Origin: an uncultured Azospirillaceae bacterium
GTDB taxonomy: Bacteria; Pseudomonadota; Alphaproteobacteria; Rickettsiales; UBA3002
Assembly (NCBI GenBank): GCA_964342335.1
Contig: CAYFFN010000002.1
Location: 1 to 37,700, forward strand
Length of the DNA: 37,700 nt
Direction: 5' to 3'
The notes beneath the pieces were generated by a model. That model was not told the origin of the DNA and searched no databases. It saw only the letters and a program-made list of their open reading frames with translations. A program made the translations under genes and the position numbers. This document shows, piece after piece, positions 27,524 through 35,805 of this stretch (its first letter is position 1; the number at the start of each line of letters is the position of its first letter).

Positions 27524-28627
27524 ATGGGATTTAATTGTGGAATCGTTGGACTGCCGAATGTGGGCAAGTCTACGTTGTTTAACGCATTGCTGCAAACCGT
27601 GCAGGCTGAGGCGGCGAATTATCCGTTTTGCACCATCGAGCCGAATAGTGGCCGCGTGGCCGTGCCGGATGCGCGTTTGGATAAGCTTGCAGAGATTGCC
27701 AAATCTGCCGAGAAAATCCCAACCTTCTTGGAGTTCGTGGATATTGCCGGTCTCGTGCGTGGCGCGAGCAAGGGCGAGGGCTTAGGCAACCAGTTTTTGA
27801 GCCATATCCGTGAGGTGGATGCGATTGTCTATGTGCTGCGCTGCTTTGAGGATGACGATATCACACACGTAGAAGGCTCAGTAGACCCGCTGCGCGATGC
27901 CGAAATTATCGAGACCGAGCTGGTGCTGGCAGACCTTGAGAGCCTGACCAAACGCAAAGAAGGCTTGGTGCGCAAAATCCGTGGGCAGGATAAAGAGGCC
28001 ATGGCCACCATGGCGCTGATTGAAAAGATTCTCCCCCTGCTCGAAGAAGGCAAGCCCGCGCGTATGTATCCAACAGCGGATGCAGAAGAGGCGCGCGCTG
28101 TGCGTCTGTTGCAACTCCTCACCAGCAAGCCTGCGATGGTAGTGTGCAACGTAGAGGAAGATGCGGCGGCGACAGGCAACGCACTCAGCGCCAAAGTCGA
28201 AGCGATGGCCAAAGAGCAAAATATGGCGAGCGTTGTCATCTCCGCGAAGATTGAATCGGAAGTAGCGCAGCTCGAAAGCGACGAAGAGAAGCAAGAGTTC
28301 CTTGAGGCGCTTGGGCTAGAAGAAACCGGCCTCGCGCAGATTATCCGCAGCGGCTATCAGCTGCTAGACTTGCTGACCTTCTTCACCGTTGGCCCGAAAG
28401 AAGCACGTGCTTGGACCGTGCATAAAGGCGCAACTGCACCCAATGCAGCGGGCGAGATCCATACCGATTTTGAGAAAGGCTTCATCCGCGCAGAAACCAT
28501 TGCGTTTGACGATTACGTTGCCTGCGGCGGCGAACAAGGCGCCAAGGATGGCGGCAAGTTACGACTTGAAGGTAAAGAGTATCTGGTTAAAGATGGTGAC
28601 GTGTTCCACTTCAGATTTAATGTGTAA
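27524..28627 (+). CDS. ychF: redox-regulated ATPase YchF
   Basis: It has GIVGLPNVGKSTLFNAL, the NYPFCTIEPN G-domain motifs and the C-terminal TGS-like FIRAE.. Confidence 0.93.
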   Translation: MGFNCGIVGLPNVGKSTLFNALLQTVQAEAANYPFCTIEPNSGRVAVPDARLDKLAEIAKSAEKIPTFLEFVDIAGLVRGASKGEGLGNQFLSHIREVDAIVYVLRCFEDDDITHVEGSVDPLRDAEIIETELVLADLESLTKRKEGLVRKIRGQDKEAMATMALIEKILPLLEEGKPARMYPTADAEEARAVRLLQLLTSKPAMVVCNVEEDAAATGNALSAKVEAMAKEQNMASVVISAKIESEVAQLESDEEKQEFLEALGLEETGLAQIIRSGYQLLDLLTFFTVGPKEARAWTVHKGATAPNAAGEIHTDFEKGFIRAETIAFDDYVACGGEQGAKDGGKLRLEGKEYLVKDGDVFHFRFNV

Positions 28628-29526
28628 TGTTCTTTCCTAAAAAGCCTCGCAAGCCTGCTCCCCGATGGTTCAAATGGGGGATGCTGCTCTTTATCGCGAT
28701 GGCATTTCTCAATGCAATATTCACTGATTCGGATCGATTGGACCGTTCCAGAGCCGAGCGTGTGAAACCTTTTGCAGAGAGGCAGTCACCTTATATGGCA
28801 ACGGAGATGCCGTCTTTGGGTGATTTTCCGAGCATTACACGTACCTTTGATGGTGAGCGCTGGAAGCGCGTGGTTAACCCTGAACTTATCGATAAAGTAA
28901 GTTGGGTGGCACTCAAACAAGGCGCTGGCGATGAGGCTATGTGCGGGCAGTCTGTTGAGGCTATATGGACGCAAGAAGAGACCGGTGGCGATGAGGCGCT
29001 CTCAGGTGTTTACTTTATTGGGATAAATGAAATGCCTGAAGGCGTTAAGCAGGGCATGAAGCGTATTAAACAGGGCGAGCAGCGTATGGTGCATATCCCT
29101 GCGCATTTGCTTAGCCAACCAGCAGGCGAGCCTACCTTGGAGACAGTGCAAATGACGGTGGAGGCGGTGACTATATCCCCACAGCCCGCAGCAGATGGCG
29201 TGCGCTTTTCTCGCACTGTAGCGCAAAGCGATATAGACGGTGCAGAAGCAGGCATCCCCGCCGCGTGTGGCGATGAAGTGGAGATGGAGCTGCAAGTGGC
29301 AGATGGGTTTGGCCAATTTGGCGCCACCGAGAAAGTGACGTTCACGCTGGGTGACATGCAATGGCCGCATGGTCTCACCCGTGCAGCGCTTGGCATGCGT
29401 AATGGCGAAGTGGTGACGGCGACGTTGCCGCCAGCCTATGCCGCTATGAAGGTGCATGCCGAAAACTATCAAGAAGCATTCACGGGTGAGCAGATTGTCA
29501 TTGTGCGAATGACGCGAATTCGCTAG
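28627..29526 (+). CDS. membrane-anchored hypothetical protein with two degenerate FKBP-like (PPIase-fold) repeats
   Basis: An N-terminal TM helix (WFKWGMLLFIAMAFLNAIF) is followed by two segments matching the FKBP pattern G....G..V.......G...F.LG......G...A/G.GM..GE.R...IP: GVKQGMKRIKQGEQRMVHIPAHL and HGLTRAALGMRNGEVVTATLPPAYA. The ATG overlaps the ychF stop. Confidence 0.45.
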   Translation: MFFPKKPRKPAPRWFKWGMLLFIAMAFLNAIFTDSDRLDRSRAERVKPFAERQSPYMATEMPSLGDFPSITRTFDGERWKRVVNPELIDKVSWVALKQGAGDEAMCGQSVEAIWTQEETGGDEALSGVYFIGINEMPEGVKQGMKRIKQGEQRMVHIPAHLLSQPAGEPTLETVQMTVEAVTISPQPAADGVRFSRTVAQSDIDGAEAGIPAACGDEVEMELQVADGFGQFGATEKVTFTLGDMQWPHGLTRAALGMRNGEVVTATLPPAYAAMKVHAENYQEAFTGEQIVIVRMTRIR

Positions 29527-29553
29527 CTAATGCTACTACATTAGAAAAGTCAT

Positions 29554-29632
29554 TTTTGGCCAGTAGGCCAATCTTTAGTGCCTGAAAGGCTTAGGCTCAT
29601 TGCGTAGCGCAGGAAGCGCGGAGCAGGAGTGA
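29554..29632 (+). repeat. 'B' structured intergenic repeat, copy B5
   Basis: The sequence is TTTTTGGCCagtaGGCCAATCTTTAGT-GCCTgaaAGGC-TTAGGCTCATTGCG-taGCGCaggaaGCGC-GGAGCAGGAGTGA. It ends 16 nt upstream of the aminotransferase ATG. Confidence 0.7.
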
Positions 29633-29648
29633 ACAAAAGGAACTCATT

Positions 29649-30851
29649 ATGTCGTATATTGCAAAACGTTTGGAAGTGATTCAACCTTCTCCAACCATGG
29701 CGATGACTGCCAAGGCGGGCGAGCTGAAAGCAGCGGGTAAGGATGTGATTGGTCTGGCCGCAGGAGAGCCGGATTTTGACACGCCAGAGCATATCAAAGC
29801 GGCGGCAAAGGCGGCGATTGACGGTGGCCAAACAAAATATACGGCCGCCGCAGGCACGCCCGCACTCAAGCAAGCGATTATCGATAAGCTCAAGCGCGAT
29901 AACGGGCTGGAATATACGGCTAACCAGATTGTGGTGACCAATGGCGCGAAGCAGCTACTGTTTAATGCCTTCCTCGCGACGCTGAACCCAGGTGATGAGG
30001 TGATTATCCCGTCGCCATTTTGGGTATCCTATCCCGATATGGTGCAGATTGCAGAAGGCACGCCGGTGATTGTCGATTGTCCTGCCGAGCATGGCTTTAA
30101 ATTGCAGCCAGACGCGCTGGAGAAGGCGATTACGCCGAGCACCAAATGGCTGGTGTTGAACTCCCCTAGCAACCCGACAGGCGCAGGCTATACGCGCGAC
30201 GAGATGAAGGCGCTTACCGATGTGCTGCTGAAGCATCCGCAAGTGATGGTGCTGGCCGATGATATCTACGAGTTTCTCGTCTATGACGGGTTTGAGTTTG
30301 TGACGCCCGCACAGGTGGAGCCAAAGCTCTTTGACCGCGTGCTGACCGTGAATGGCGTATCCAAAGCCTATGCGATGACCGGTTGGCGTATTGGTTACGG
30401 CGCGGGTCCTGTGGAGCTGATGAAGAAGATTGGTGTGATCCAATCGCAAAGCACGTCCAATGCTTGCTCTATCTCGCAAGCCGCGACCGTAGAGGCGCTC
30501 AATGGCAGCCACGAGTTTTTGAAAGAGTGGGTGCCAAGCTTTAAGCGCCGCCGTGATTTGGTGGTGAGCAAGCTGAACGCCATTGACGGCATCGAATGTG
30601 CCGTGCCACAAGGCGCGTTCTACGTGTTCCCTTCCATTAAGGGACTCATTGGTAAGAAAGCACCAGACGGCCGCGTGATTAGCGATAGCTATGTCTTCTG
30701 CGAGTATCTGTTAGAGGAAGTGCTGGTCGCTGCCGTGGCCGGTGCTGCATTCGGTATGGACGGCCATTTCCGCGTGTCCTATGCAACGTCAGACGAGGCG
30801 TTGGAGAAGGCGTGTGCACGCATTGCTGAGGCTGTCTCGAAACTTGTTTAA
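29649..30851 (+). CDS. aspartate aminotransferase (PLP-dependent, class I, subgroup Ib)
   Basis: The 400-aa protein contains GEPDFDTP, KYT...G...L, NSPSNPTG and the lysine motif SKAYAMTGWRIGY. Confidence 0.9.
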   Translation: MSYIAKRLEVIQPSPTMAMTAKAGELKAAGKDVIGLAAGEPDFDTPEHIKAAAKAAIDGGQTKYTAAAGTPALKQAIIDKLKRDNGLEYTANQIVVTNGAKQLLFNAFLATLNPGDEVIIPSPFWVSYPDMVQIAEGTPVIVDCPAEHGFKLQPDALEKAITPSTKWLVLNSPSNPTGAGYTRDEMKALTDVLLKHPQVMVLADDIYEFLVYDGFEFVTPAQVEPKLFDRVLTVNGVSKAYAMTGWRIGYGAGPVELMKKIGVIQSQSTSNACSISQAATVEALNGSHEFLKEWVPSFKRRRDLVVSKLNAIDGIECAVPQGAFYVFPSIKGLIGKKAPDGRVISDSYVFCEYLLEEVLVAAVAGAAFGMDGHFRVSYATSDEALEKACARIAEAVSKLV

Positions 30852-30917
30852 TCGCTCCTGCTCCGGCCTACTGGCCTACGCAATGAGCCTAACATGCATT
30901 CGCATGACCGCGTTTTT
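30852..30917 (-). repeat. 'B' repeat, copy B6 (inverted, truncated: lacks hairpin 1 and CTTTAGT)
   Basis: The reverse complement reads AAAAAACGCGGTCATGCgaaTGCATG-TTAGGCTCATTGCG-taGGCCagtaGGCC-GGAGCAGGAGCGA. It begins 1 nt after the aminotransferase stop. On the + strand, the CATGC-att-GCATG hairpin plus T6 could act as that gene's terminator. Confidence 0.65.
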
Positions 30918-31082
30918 TGTCCCCTGTATATAATTTTGACATCCTCGGGCCTGACCCGAGGATCTACAGCTCGGACCTTGTTTGTATACTTTGCCTTGCT
31001 ATTTTGCTGCTTCGCGGTGAGGCAAGCTCACATTCTTGTCTCATGAGGGTTTATGGGTTCTCTACTCATTTCTATCGTGGGT

Positions 31083-31225
31083 ACAAGAAGCGAGGCCAGG
31101 AGGCCGAGCCCTTTAGTCGCGCGAATGCGCGTTAGGTTCATTGCGCGGAGCAGTAGCGCAGCGCAGGAACAATAGCGAGCGCAGCGAGTGTACAAACCAA
31201 GCCCAGAAGGTCGAAGCAGGAGCGT
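31083..31225 (+). repeat. composite repeat: a B unit (31083..31169), an 'A' element right-terminus fragment (31170..31193) and a partial B 3' end (31197..31225)
   Basis: The B unit reads ACAAGAAGCGAGGCCaggaGGCCGAGCCCTTTAGT-CGCGCgaatGCGCG-TTAGGTTCATTGCG.... It is followed by CAATAGCGAGCGCAGCGAGTGTAC (compare 21530..21553) and then CCAGAAGGTCGAAGCAGGAGCG. Confidence 0.6.
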
Positions 31226-31238
31226 ATTATATATTTCT

Positions 31239-31280
31239 AAAAAAATGCCGGACGTCGCGCCAAATTGCGCGGGGTCCGGC
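31239..31280 (-). terminator. rho-independent terminator (GCCGGACCCCGCGC-aauuug-GCGCGACGUCCGGC, then A-U7)
   Basis: A ~13-bp GC-rich stem (one bulge) is followed by a U-tract on the minus strand only. Confidence 0.65.
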
Positions 31281-31357
31281 AAGCTAACAGGGAGGCTACT
31301 CGCCCGAAAAATTCGAGCGATGAGACCCGAAGAACGGGTCTGCGTCCGAAGACGTGA
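31239..31357 (-). ncRNA. candidate trans-acting small RNA (~120 nt), AbcR/alpha-r15-like by position and anti-SD motif
   Basis: On the minus strand there is a TTGCAT-N17-TATACC promoter. It is followed by hairpins CGUC-uucg-GACG, AGACCCG-uucuu-CGGGUCU and UCGCUCG-aauuuuu-CGGGCGA, a single-stranded GUAGCCUCCCUGUUAGCUU, and a strong intrinsic terminator. It lies immediately downstream of the trxB-lysR pair. Confidence 0.5.
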
Positions 31358-31362
31358 GGGGG

Positions 31363-31391
31363 GGTATAACACGCAGTTTTTTGCAATGCAA
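31363..31391 (-). promoter_or_regulatory. putative sigma70 promoter of the sRNA candidate (TTGCAT-N17-TATACC)
   Basis: The -35 is at 31391..31386 and the -10 at 31368..31363 (minus strand), with an AT-rich UP-like region upstream. The -35 is part of the palindromic TTGCATTGCAA motif. Confidence 0.45.
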
Positions 31392-31469
31392 CTATTTTTC
31401 TTAATAAAAATTAAGAACGGTCGAAAATCGGCCAAAATGAGCATAAACCCTAGGATAACTCGGGAATAA

Positions 31470-32360
31470 CTAGAACCTAAACTCGGCGATTTTACGGCTG
31501 ATGAATTGTTTAAAGACGCGCACGCGGGTCGAATTGCGCAATTCCATGGAATAAACGAAGTAGGCTTGCGTAGACGGGCCCTGCACGTCATCCAATACGC
31601 GGCTCACATGGCGGGCGCGGTACATCATATATTCGGGCAGCCACGCGATGCCGAGCCCTTCTTTCACGGCGGCGCGCATCCCGACAAGGCTGTTGATGTA
31701 AACAAACGGCTTTAGCTTTAGCTGCTTGGCCTCCTGCGATTCGCATAGCCAGTTTACATCCGCAAAGGGCAGGCGGCGGCTGCGGTCATAGGCGATGATG
31801 CGATGGTCTGCGAGGTCTGCAAAATTCTTAGGGATGCCGTGATGGCGGATATAGTCGTTAGAGGCATAGACGCCGTTTTGCAGCTCCACCAGCGGCTTTT
31901 GAATGAGGTCTGGATGCGTGGAGGGGAAGAGACGGATGGCTACGTCGGCCTCGCGCATGGTGAGGTCCAGCTCGCTGTCTTCGCAAATGAGGGAGACTTC
32001 GATATCCGGATAAAGGTCGGTGAATTCGCGCAGTAACGGCGCAAGCCAGATAGAGCCAATGGCGTGCGGCGTAGTGATTTTGAAAGGGCCACGTGGTTTG
32101 GCATTGGCCTCGCCTAGGCTGGTCTCGGCATATTGCAGCTTACGCACCATCTCTGCTACGGTTTTAAACAGCAACTCGCCCTGCTCATTAAGCACAAGGC
32201 CGCGCGCATGGCGCTGAAAGAGGGGGGTGTTCAGGCGGGCTTCGAGTGAGGTGATTTGGCGGCTAATCGCGGATTGGCTCAAATTAAGCTCACGCCCCGC
32301 TTTGCTCATGCTTTTGCATTGCGCGACCGTGTAGAAAGTTCTCAGCTTGTCCCAGTCCAT
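31470..32360 (-). CDS. LysR-family transcriptional regulator (LsrB/VtlR-like by synteny with trxB)
   Basis: It has an N-terminal wHTH (MDWDKLRTFYTVAQ...LSQSAISRQI..LE) and a C-terminal LysR substrate-binding domain, and lies directly downstream of trxB. Confidence 0.85.
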   Translation of the reverse strand: MDWDKLRTFYTVAQCKSMSKAGRELNLSQSAISRQITSLEARLNTPLFQRHARGLVLNEQGELLFKTVAEMVRKLQYAETSLGEANAKPRGPFKITTPHAIGSIWLAPLLREFTDLYPDIEVSLICEDSELDLTMREADVAIRLFPSTHPDLIQKPLVELQNGVYASNDYIRHHGIPKNFADLADHRIIAYDRSRRLPFADVNWLCESQEAKQLKLKPFVYINSLVGMRAAVKEGLGIAWLPEYMMYRARHVSRVLDDVQGPSTQAYFVYSMELRNSTRVRVFKQFISRKIAEFRF

Positions 32361-32367
32361 TAACGCA

Positions 32368-32498
32368 CCTCATCCATCGGTTTTGATGGGCGCCTACTGC
32401 GTCCTAATGGTCCTCGTATCCTCATGTACTCCCTCGTACATTGCGGTCCTGCGGGCCATTACTCCTTGTAATCACCACATCAAAACCGATGGCTGAGG
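32368..32498. repeat. 131-bp unit bounded by 21-bp inverted repeats (20/21 match) in the trxB-lysR spacer
   Basis: CCTCATCCATCGGTTTTGATG (32368..32388) pairs with CATCAAAACCGATGGCTGAGG (32478..32498). The interior holds small hairpins (GTACtccctcGTAC). The adjacent 15-bp palindrome GGCACGTtACGTGCC is at 32497..32511. Confidence 0.5.
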
Positions 32499-32549
32499 CA
32501 CGTTACGTGCCAAACCAGACATGCCTGAGCTATGCATGAAATGCAAGGC

Positions 32550-33494
32550 TTATTCGTTTTCCGCTAAGAACTTATCGGCTTCCAGCGCTGCCATACAGCC
32601 TGTGCCGGCTGCGGTGATGGCTTGGCGGAAAATTTTGTCTTGCGCATCCCCAGCCGCATATACGCCCGGAACATTGGTCTTGGTGCTGTCTGGCTTGGTG
32701 ATGATATAGCCGGTCTCGTCCATATCAATGGTGCCTTTAAACAGGTCCGTATTCGGGATATGGCCGATAGCGACGAACGCACCTTCCACGTTTAGCTCGC
32801 TGGTGGAGCCGTCGGTCGTGTCTTTCAGGCGCAGGCCAGTCAGGCCGATTGGGTCATCGGTGCCGAGGAACTCGTCCACGGTTTTGTTCCAATGCAGCTC
32901 CACATTCTCTTTCGCGAAGAGGCGCTCTTGGGCAATTTTCTCGGCGCGCAGTTCGTCGCGGCGGTGAATGAGATGCACCTTCGAGCAGATATTGGCGAGG
33001 AAGAGCGCTTCTTCTACCGCGCTGTTACCGCCACCAATCACCGCTACTTCTTTGCCCTTGAAGAAGAAGCCATCGCAGGTCGCGCAGGCAGAGACACCGT
33101 AATTCTGGAATTTCTTTTCGCTGTCCAATCCGAGCCAGCGCGCAGAAGCGCCGGTCGCAATCACCAGCGTATCGCCGTAATAGACATCGCCACCATCGCC
33201 TACCGCCTTAAACGGGCGAGAGGAGAGGTCCACCTCAACGATATAATCATGGATGATTTCCGTACCGACATGCTTGGCTTGGGCTTCCATTTGCTCCATC
33301 AGCCATGGGCCTTGGATCGCTTCTGCAAAGCCTGGATAGTTCTCTACCTCCGTAGTGATAGTGAGCTGTCCACCTGGCTGCATGCCATGCACCATCACCG
33401 GGGAGAGGCCCGCGCGTGCTGCGTAAATAGCGGCGGTGCATCCGGCAGAGCCAGAGCCAATAACCAGAACTTTGGTACGGATTTCGTTTGTCAT
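32550..33494 (-). CDS. trxB: thioredoxin-disulfide reductase
   Basis: Motifs seen: VIGSGSAGCTAAIYAAR, the redox-active CATCDGFF, GGGNSAVEEA and GVYAAGD. Confidence 0.93.
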   Translation of the reverse strand: MTNEIRTKVLVIGSGSAGCTAAIYAARAGLSPVMVHGMQPGGQLTITTEVENYPGFAEAIQGPWLMEQMEAQAKHVGTEIIHDYIVEVDLSSRPFKAVGDGGDVYYGDTLVIATGASARWLGLDSEKKFQNYGVSACATCDGFFFKGKEVAVIGGGNSAVEEALFLANICSKVHLIHRRDELRAEKIAQERLFAKENVELHWNKTVDEFLGTDDPIGLTGLRLKDTTDGSTSELNVEGAFVAIGHIPNTDLFKGTIDMDETGYIITKPDSTKTNVPGVYAAGDAQDKIFRQAITAAGTGCMAALEADKFLAENE

Positions 33495-33509
33495 GATTTT
33501 CCTCTTTAA

Positions 33510-33594
33510 TTGCTCCTGCTCCGGCCTACTGGCCTACGCAATGAGCCTAACGGCTTCGCCGACTAAAGGGCCGGACTACTGTCCGGCTTCTTCG
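33510..33594 (-). repeat. 'B' structured intergenic repeat, copy B8 (same orientation as trxB, immediately 5' of it)
   Basis: The reverse complement reads CGAAGAAGCCGGACagtaGTCCGGCCCTTTAGT-CGGCgaaGCCG-TTAGGCTCATTGCG-taGGCCagtaGGCC-GGAGCAGGAGCAA. It is followed by TTAAAGAGGAAAATC-ATG of trxB. Confidence 0.7.
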
Positions 33595-33608
33595 TATCGT
33601 TAGTTATT

Positions 33609-34211
33609 TTACAGGCTAGCTGCGTTGTCTTTCAGGAATGCAGCTACGCCATCCGCGTCTGCTTTCATGCCTGACTTGCCTTTGTTCCAGCCGGCTGGGC
33701 ATACTTCGCCATGCTCGTTGTGGAATTGCAGCGCATCCACCATGCGAATCGCCTCATCGACGTTACGGCCGAGTGGCAAATCGTTCACAATCTGGTGACG
33801 TACAGTGAAGTTTTCATCGATGAGGAACGTGCCGCGGAAGGCCACTGCATCGTTCAGCAATACGTCATAGTCGCTTGCGATAGACTTGGTGATGTCTGCT
33901 ACTATGGGGAAGGCTACAGGGCCAATACCGCCTTTTTCTACAGGCGTATTGCGCCATGCAGCGTGGGTGAAGTGTGAGTCAACGCTTACGCCAATCAGCT
34001 TCGCGCCGCGCTTTTCGAACTCTTCTACGCGGTTGTTAAACGCGATAATTTCTGAGGGACACACGAAGGTGAAGTCCAGCGGCCAGAAGAACAATACGCC
34101 CATTTTGCCGCCCAAATATTCTTTCAGGTTAAAACTCTCGTCAAAGCTGCCATCGCCCATAACGGCGGTTGCGTTGAAATCTGGTGCTTCTTTACCTACT
34201 AATACTGCCAT
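33609..34211 (-). CDS. typical 2-Cys peroxiredoxin (AhpC/Prx1 subfamily)
   Basis: I prefer the start at the ATG at 34211 because AGGAGA lies upstream. The peroxidatic motif is FFWPLDFTFVCPSEI and the resolving Cys lies in GEVCPAGW. Confidence 0.9.
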   Translation of the reverse strand: MAVLVGKEAPDFNATAVMGDGSFDESFNLKEYLGGKMGVLFFWPLDFTFVCPSEIIAFNNRVEEFEKRGAKLIGVSVDSHFTHAAWRNTPVEKGGIGPVAFPIVADITKSIASDYDVLLNDAVAFRGTFLIDENFTVRHQIVNDLPLGRNVDEAIRMVDALQFHNEHGEVCPAGWNKGKSGMKADADGVAAFLKDNAASL

Positions 34212-34283
34212 GATGCTCTCCTTTGCATTTGGTTTCAAGACAGGCGTAAGGTAGTCTCTTTGTGGGGAATGTAAAGGGGGCAG

Positions 34284-35201
34284 CTACGCTTTTTTAGCGA
34301 GTTTTTCATGGATGATGGTGGCGATGCGCGCCGCTTCATCGAGTCGCGTCTCGCTGCCATGTTTGACGAGGGCTTCATGCAGGCGGCGATGCTTATGCGC
34401 ACAGAGATGGGTGGGCGCGAAAATCTCTACGGGTTTTTGCGTGTAATAGGCCTCGCAGAGCATAGAAGCCGAGTCTCCGGTGACGATGAGTGCGTCCGCA
34501 CAGGCAAGGATACCATAGAATGGATTCTCGCCATCCCCCACCATATGCAGGAATATAGGCACTTTCACCTCGGCCAGCAGCGCATCCACAAAGCCCGCAG
34601 GGGTGCGGCGGCTGGTGGTGATGAGGGCGGAGCCATAGCGGTTGATTTTGGCGGCGAGGGCCGGCGCATCCTCTAGGAATAATTCGCCATGTTTGGAGTT
34701 CCCGCCAATCAGCACCCCTACAGGATTCTCAAAGTTGCCGAAGCGCGCTTGCCAATGGTCTTTGGCTTTGGCGAGGTCTGCATCGGTCACATTATGCGCC
34801 GCGCCGATGGTGGTGATGACCTGCTCATTTTGTGAAATGCCATCATGCTCAGGCACGGCGATGAGGTCAAGCTCGGGATGCGCTGCTCCTGGCCACATCA
34901 GTTGCACGGTGAAGAGATCAGGCCATGCCTTTTTGAGGTGGCGCATGAGGGGAACGCAGCGCCGACCGGCGGCAATGACCACATCAGGGTAGGGCGGCAC
35001 GAGTGCTTGTTTGGTGCCAGCGGACACGCCCCATAAATGGCTGCCTAACAGGGCATTGGGAAGCATCGCTATCTGATTAAATTCGAGTGGTATGAGCTCA
35101 TTCTGCGAACCGAGCGCGCGGCCTACGCCAAGCACTTGGCTTTGGTGGCCGGGGCGCTCATCCAGCAGCAGCCAGGCGCGTAATTTACTCGTAAGAAACA
35201 C
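34284..35201 (-). CDS. ELM1/DUF1022-family protein (mitochondrial-fission ELM1-like, glycosyltransferase-like fold)
   Basis: Pattern seen: W.L.D.R.GH..Q..G...AL, LIGG.S, TTSRRTP, V.GDS.SM..EA. The GTG start at 35201 overlaps the greA 3' end by 17 nt, so the start is uncertain. Confidence 0.7.
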   Translation of the reverse strand: MFLTSKLRAWLLLDERPGHQSQVLGVGRALGSQNELIPLEFNQIAMLPNALLGSHLWGVSAGTKQALVPPYPDVVIAAGRRCVPLMRHLKKAWPDLFTVQLMWPGAAHPELDLIAVPEHDGISQNEQVITTIGAAHNVTDADLAKAKDHWQARFGNFENPVGVLIGGNSKHGELFLEDAPALAAKINRYGSALITTSRRTPAGFVDALLAEVKVPIFLHMVGDGENPFYGILACADALIVTGDSASMLCEAYYTQKPVEIFAPTHLCAHKHRRLHEALVKHGSETRLDEAARIATIIHEKLAKKA

Positions 35202-35658
35202 GCAGCACTTCGTAATAGCGCACGCCTTTAGGCGTCTTCACTTCTACACTATCGCCTTGCTCTTTACCAATCAACGCGCGGGAAATAGGGGCGGTCAGTG
35301 CAATCGTGCCATGCTCCAATTTCGCTTCATACTCCCCTACGATTTGGTAGGTAATCTCTTCGTCCGTTTCTTCATCCACCAGATGCACCTTCGCGCCAAA
35401 TTTTACATGGGCGCCATCCAGCTTCTCGGGGTCGATCACATCGGCGCGAGAAAGAATCGCGGTGAGTTCCTCAATACGGCCTTCGATGAAGCCCTGCTTC
35501 TCGCGGGCAGCATGATATTCGGCATTCTCTTTCAAATCGCCATGCTCGCGTGCCTCGGCAATCGCGGTGATAACGGCGGGGCGCTCCACGGTTTTGAGCT
35601 GCTTCAGCTCGGCTTCTAAGCGTTCATACCCAATGCGCGTAATCGGAATACGTTCCAT
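35185..35658 (-). CDS. greA: transcription elongation factor GreA
   Basis: The 157-aa protein contains P.T..G...L..EL..L....RP.....[22 protein letters not shown] and a C-terminal FKBP-like domain. Confidence 0.93.
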   Translation of the reverse strand: MERIPITRIGYERLEAELKQLKTVERPAVITAIAEAREHGDLKENAEYHAAREKQGFIEGRIEELTAILSRADVIDPEKLDGAHVKFGAKVHLVDEETDEEITYQIVGEYEAKLEHGTIALTAPISRALIGKEQGDSVEVKTPKGVRYYEVLRVSYE

Positions 35659-35805
35659 TTGTTCCTCTGATTTCTAAATTCGAAAGGCAACTATAGCGCC
35701 GCCCCACGGGCAGTGCAAGCGCTGCAAATGTCACGTTATTGTCACAAAAATCTGACGCGTTTCTGCTAGAATATCCTGAAATAAAGTAAAATTTAGGAAG
35801 TTAAA

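Noticed and set aside
30917-31591. ORFs 30917..31135(+), 31028..31591(-) and 31188..31469(+) in the long non-coding gap.
   Set aside because: They are built from repeat copies, the sRNA candidate and its terminator. There are no RBSs, and 31028..31591 overlaps the 3' end of the LysR gene in another frame.
32402-32467. A 21-codon upstream ORF (MARRTAMYEGVHEDTRTIRTQ) on the minus strand inside the inverted-repeat unit preceding the LysR gene.
   Set aside because: The AAGGAG lies only 2 nt from the ATG, which is too close for initiation. The ORF is most simply a by-product of the repeat sequence.
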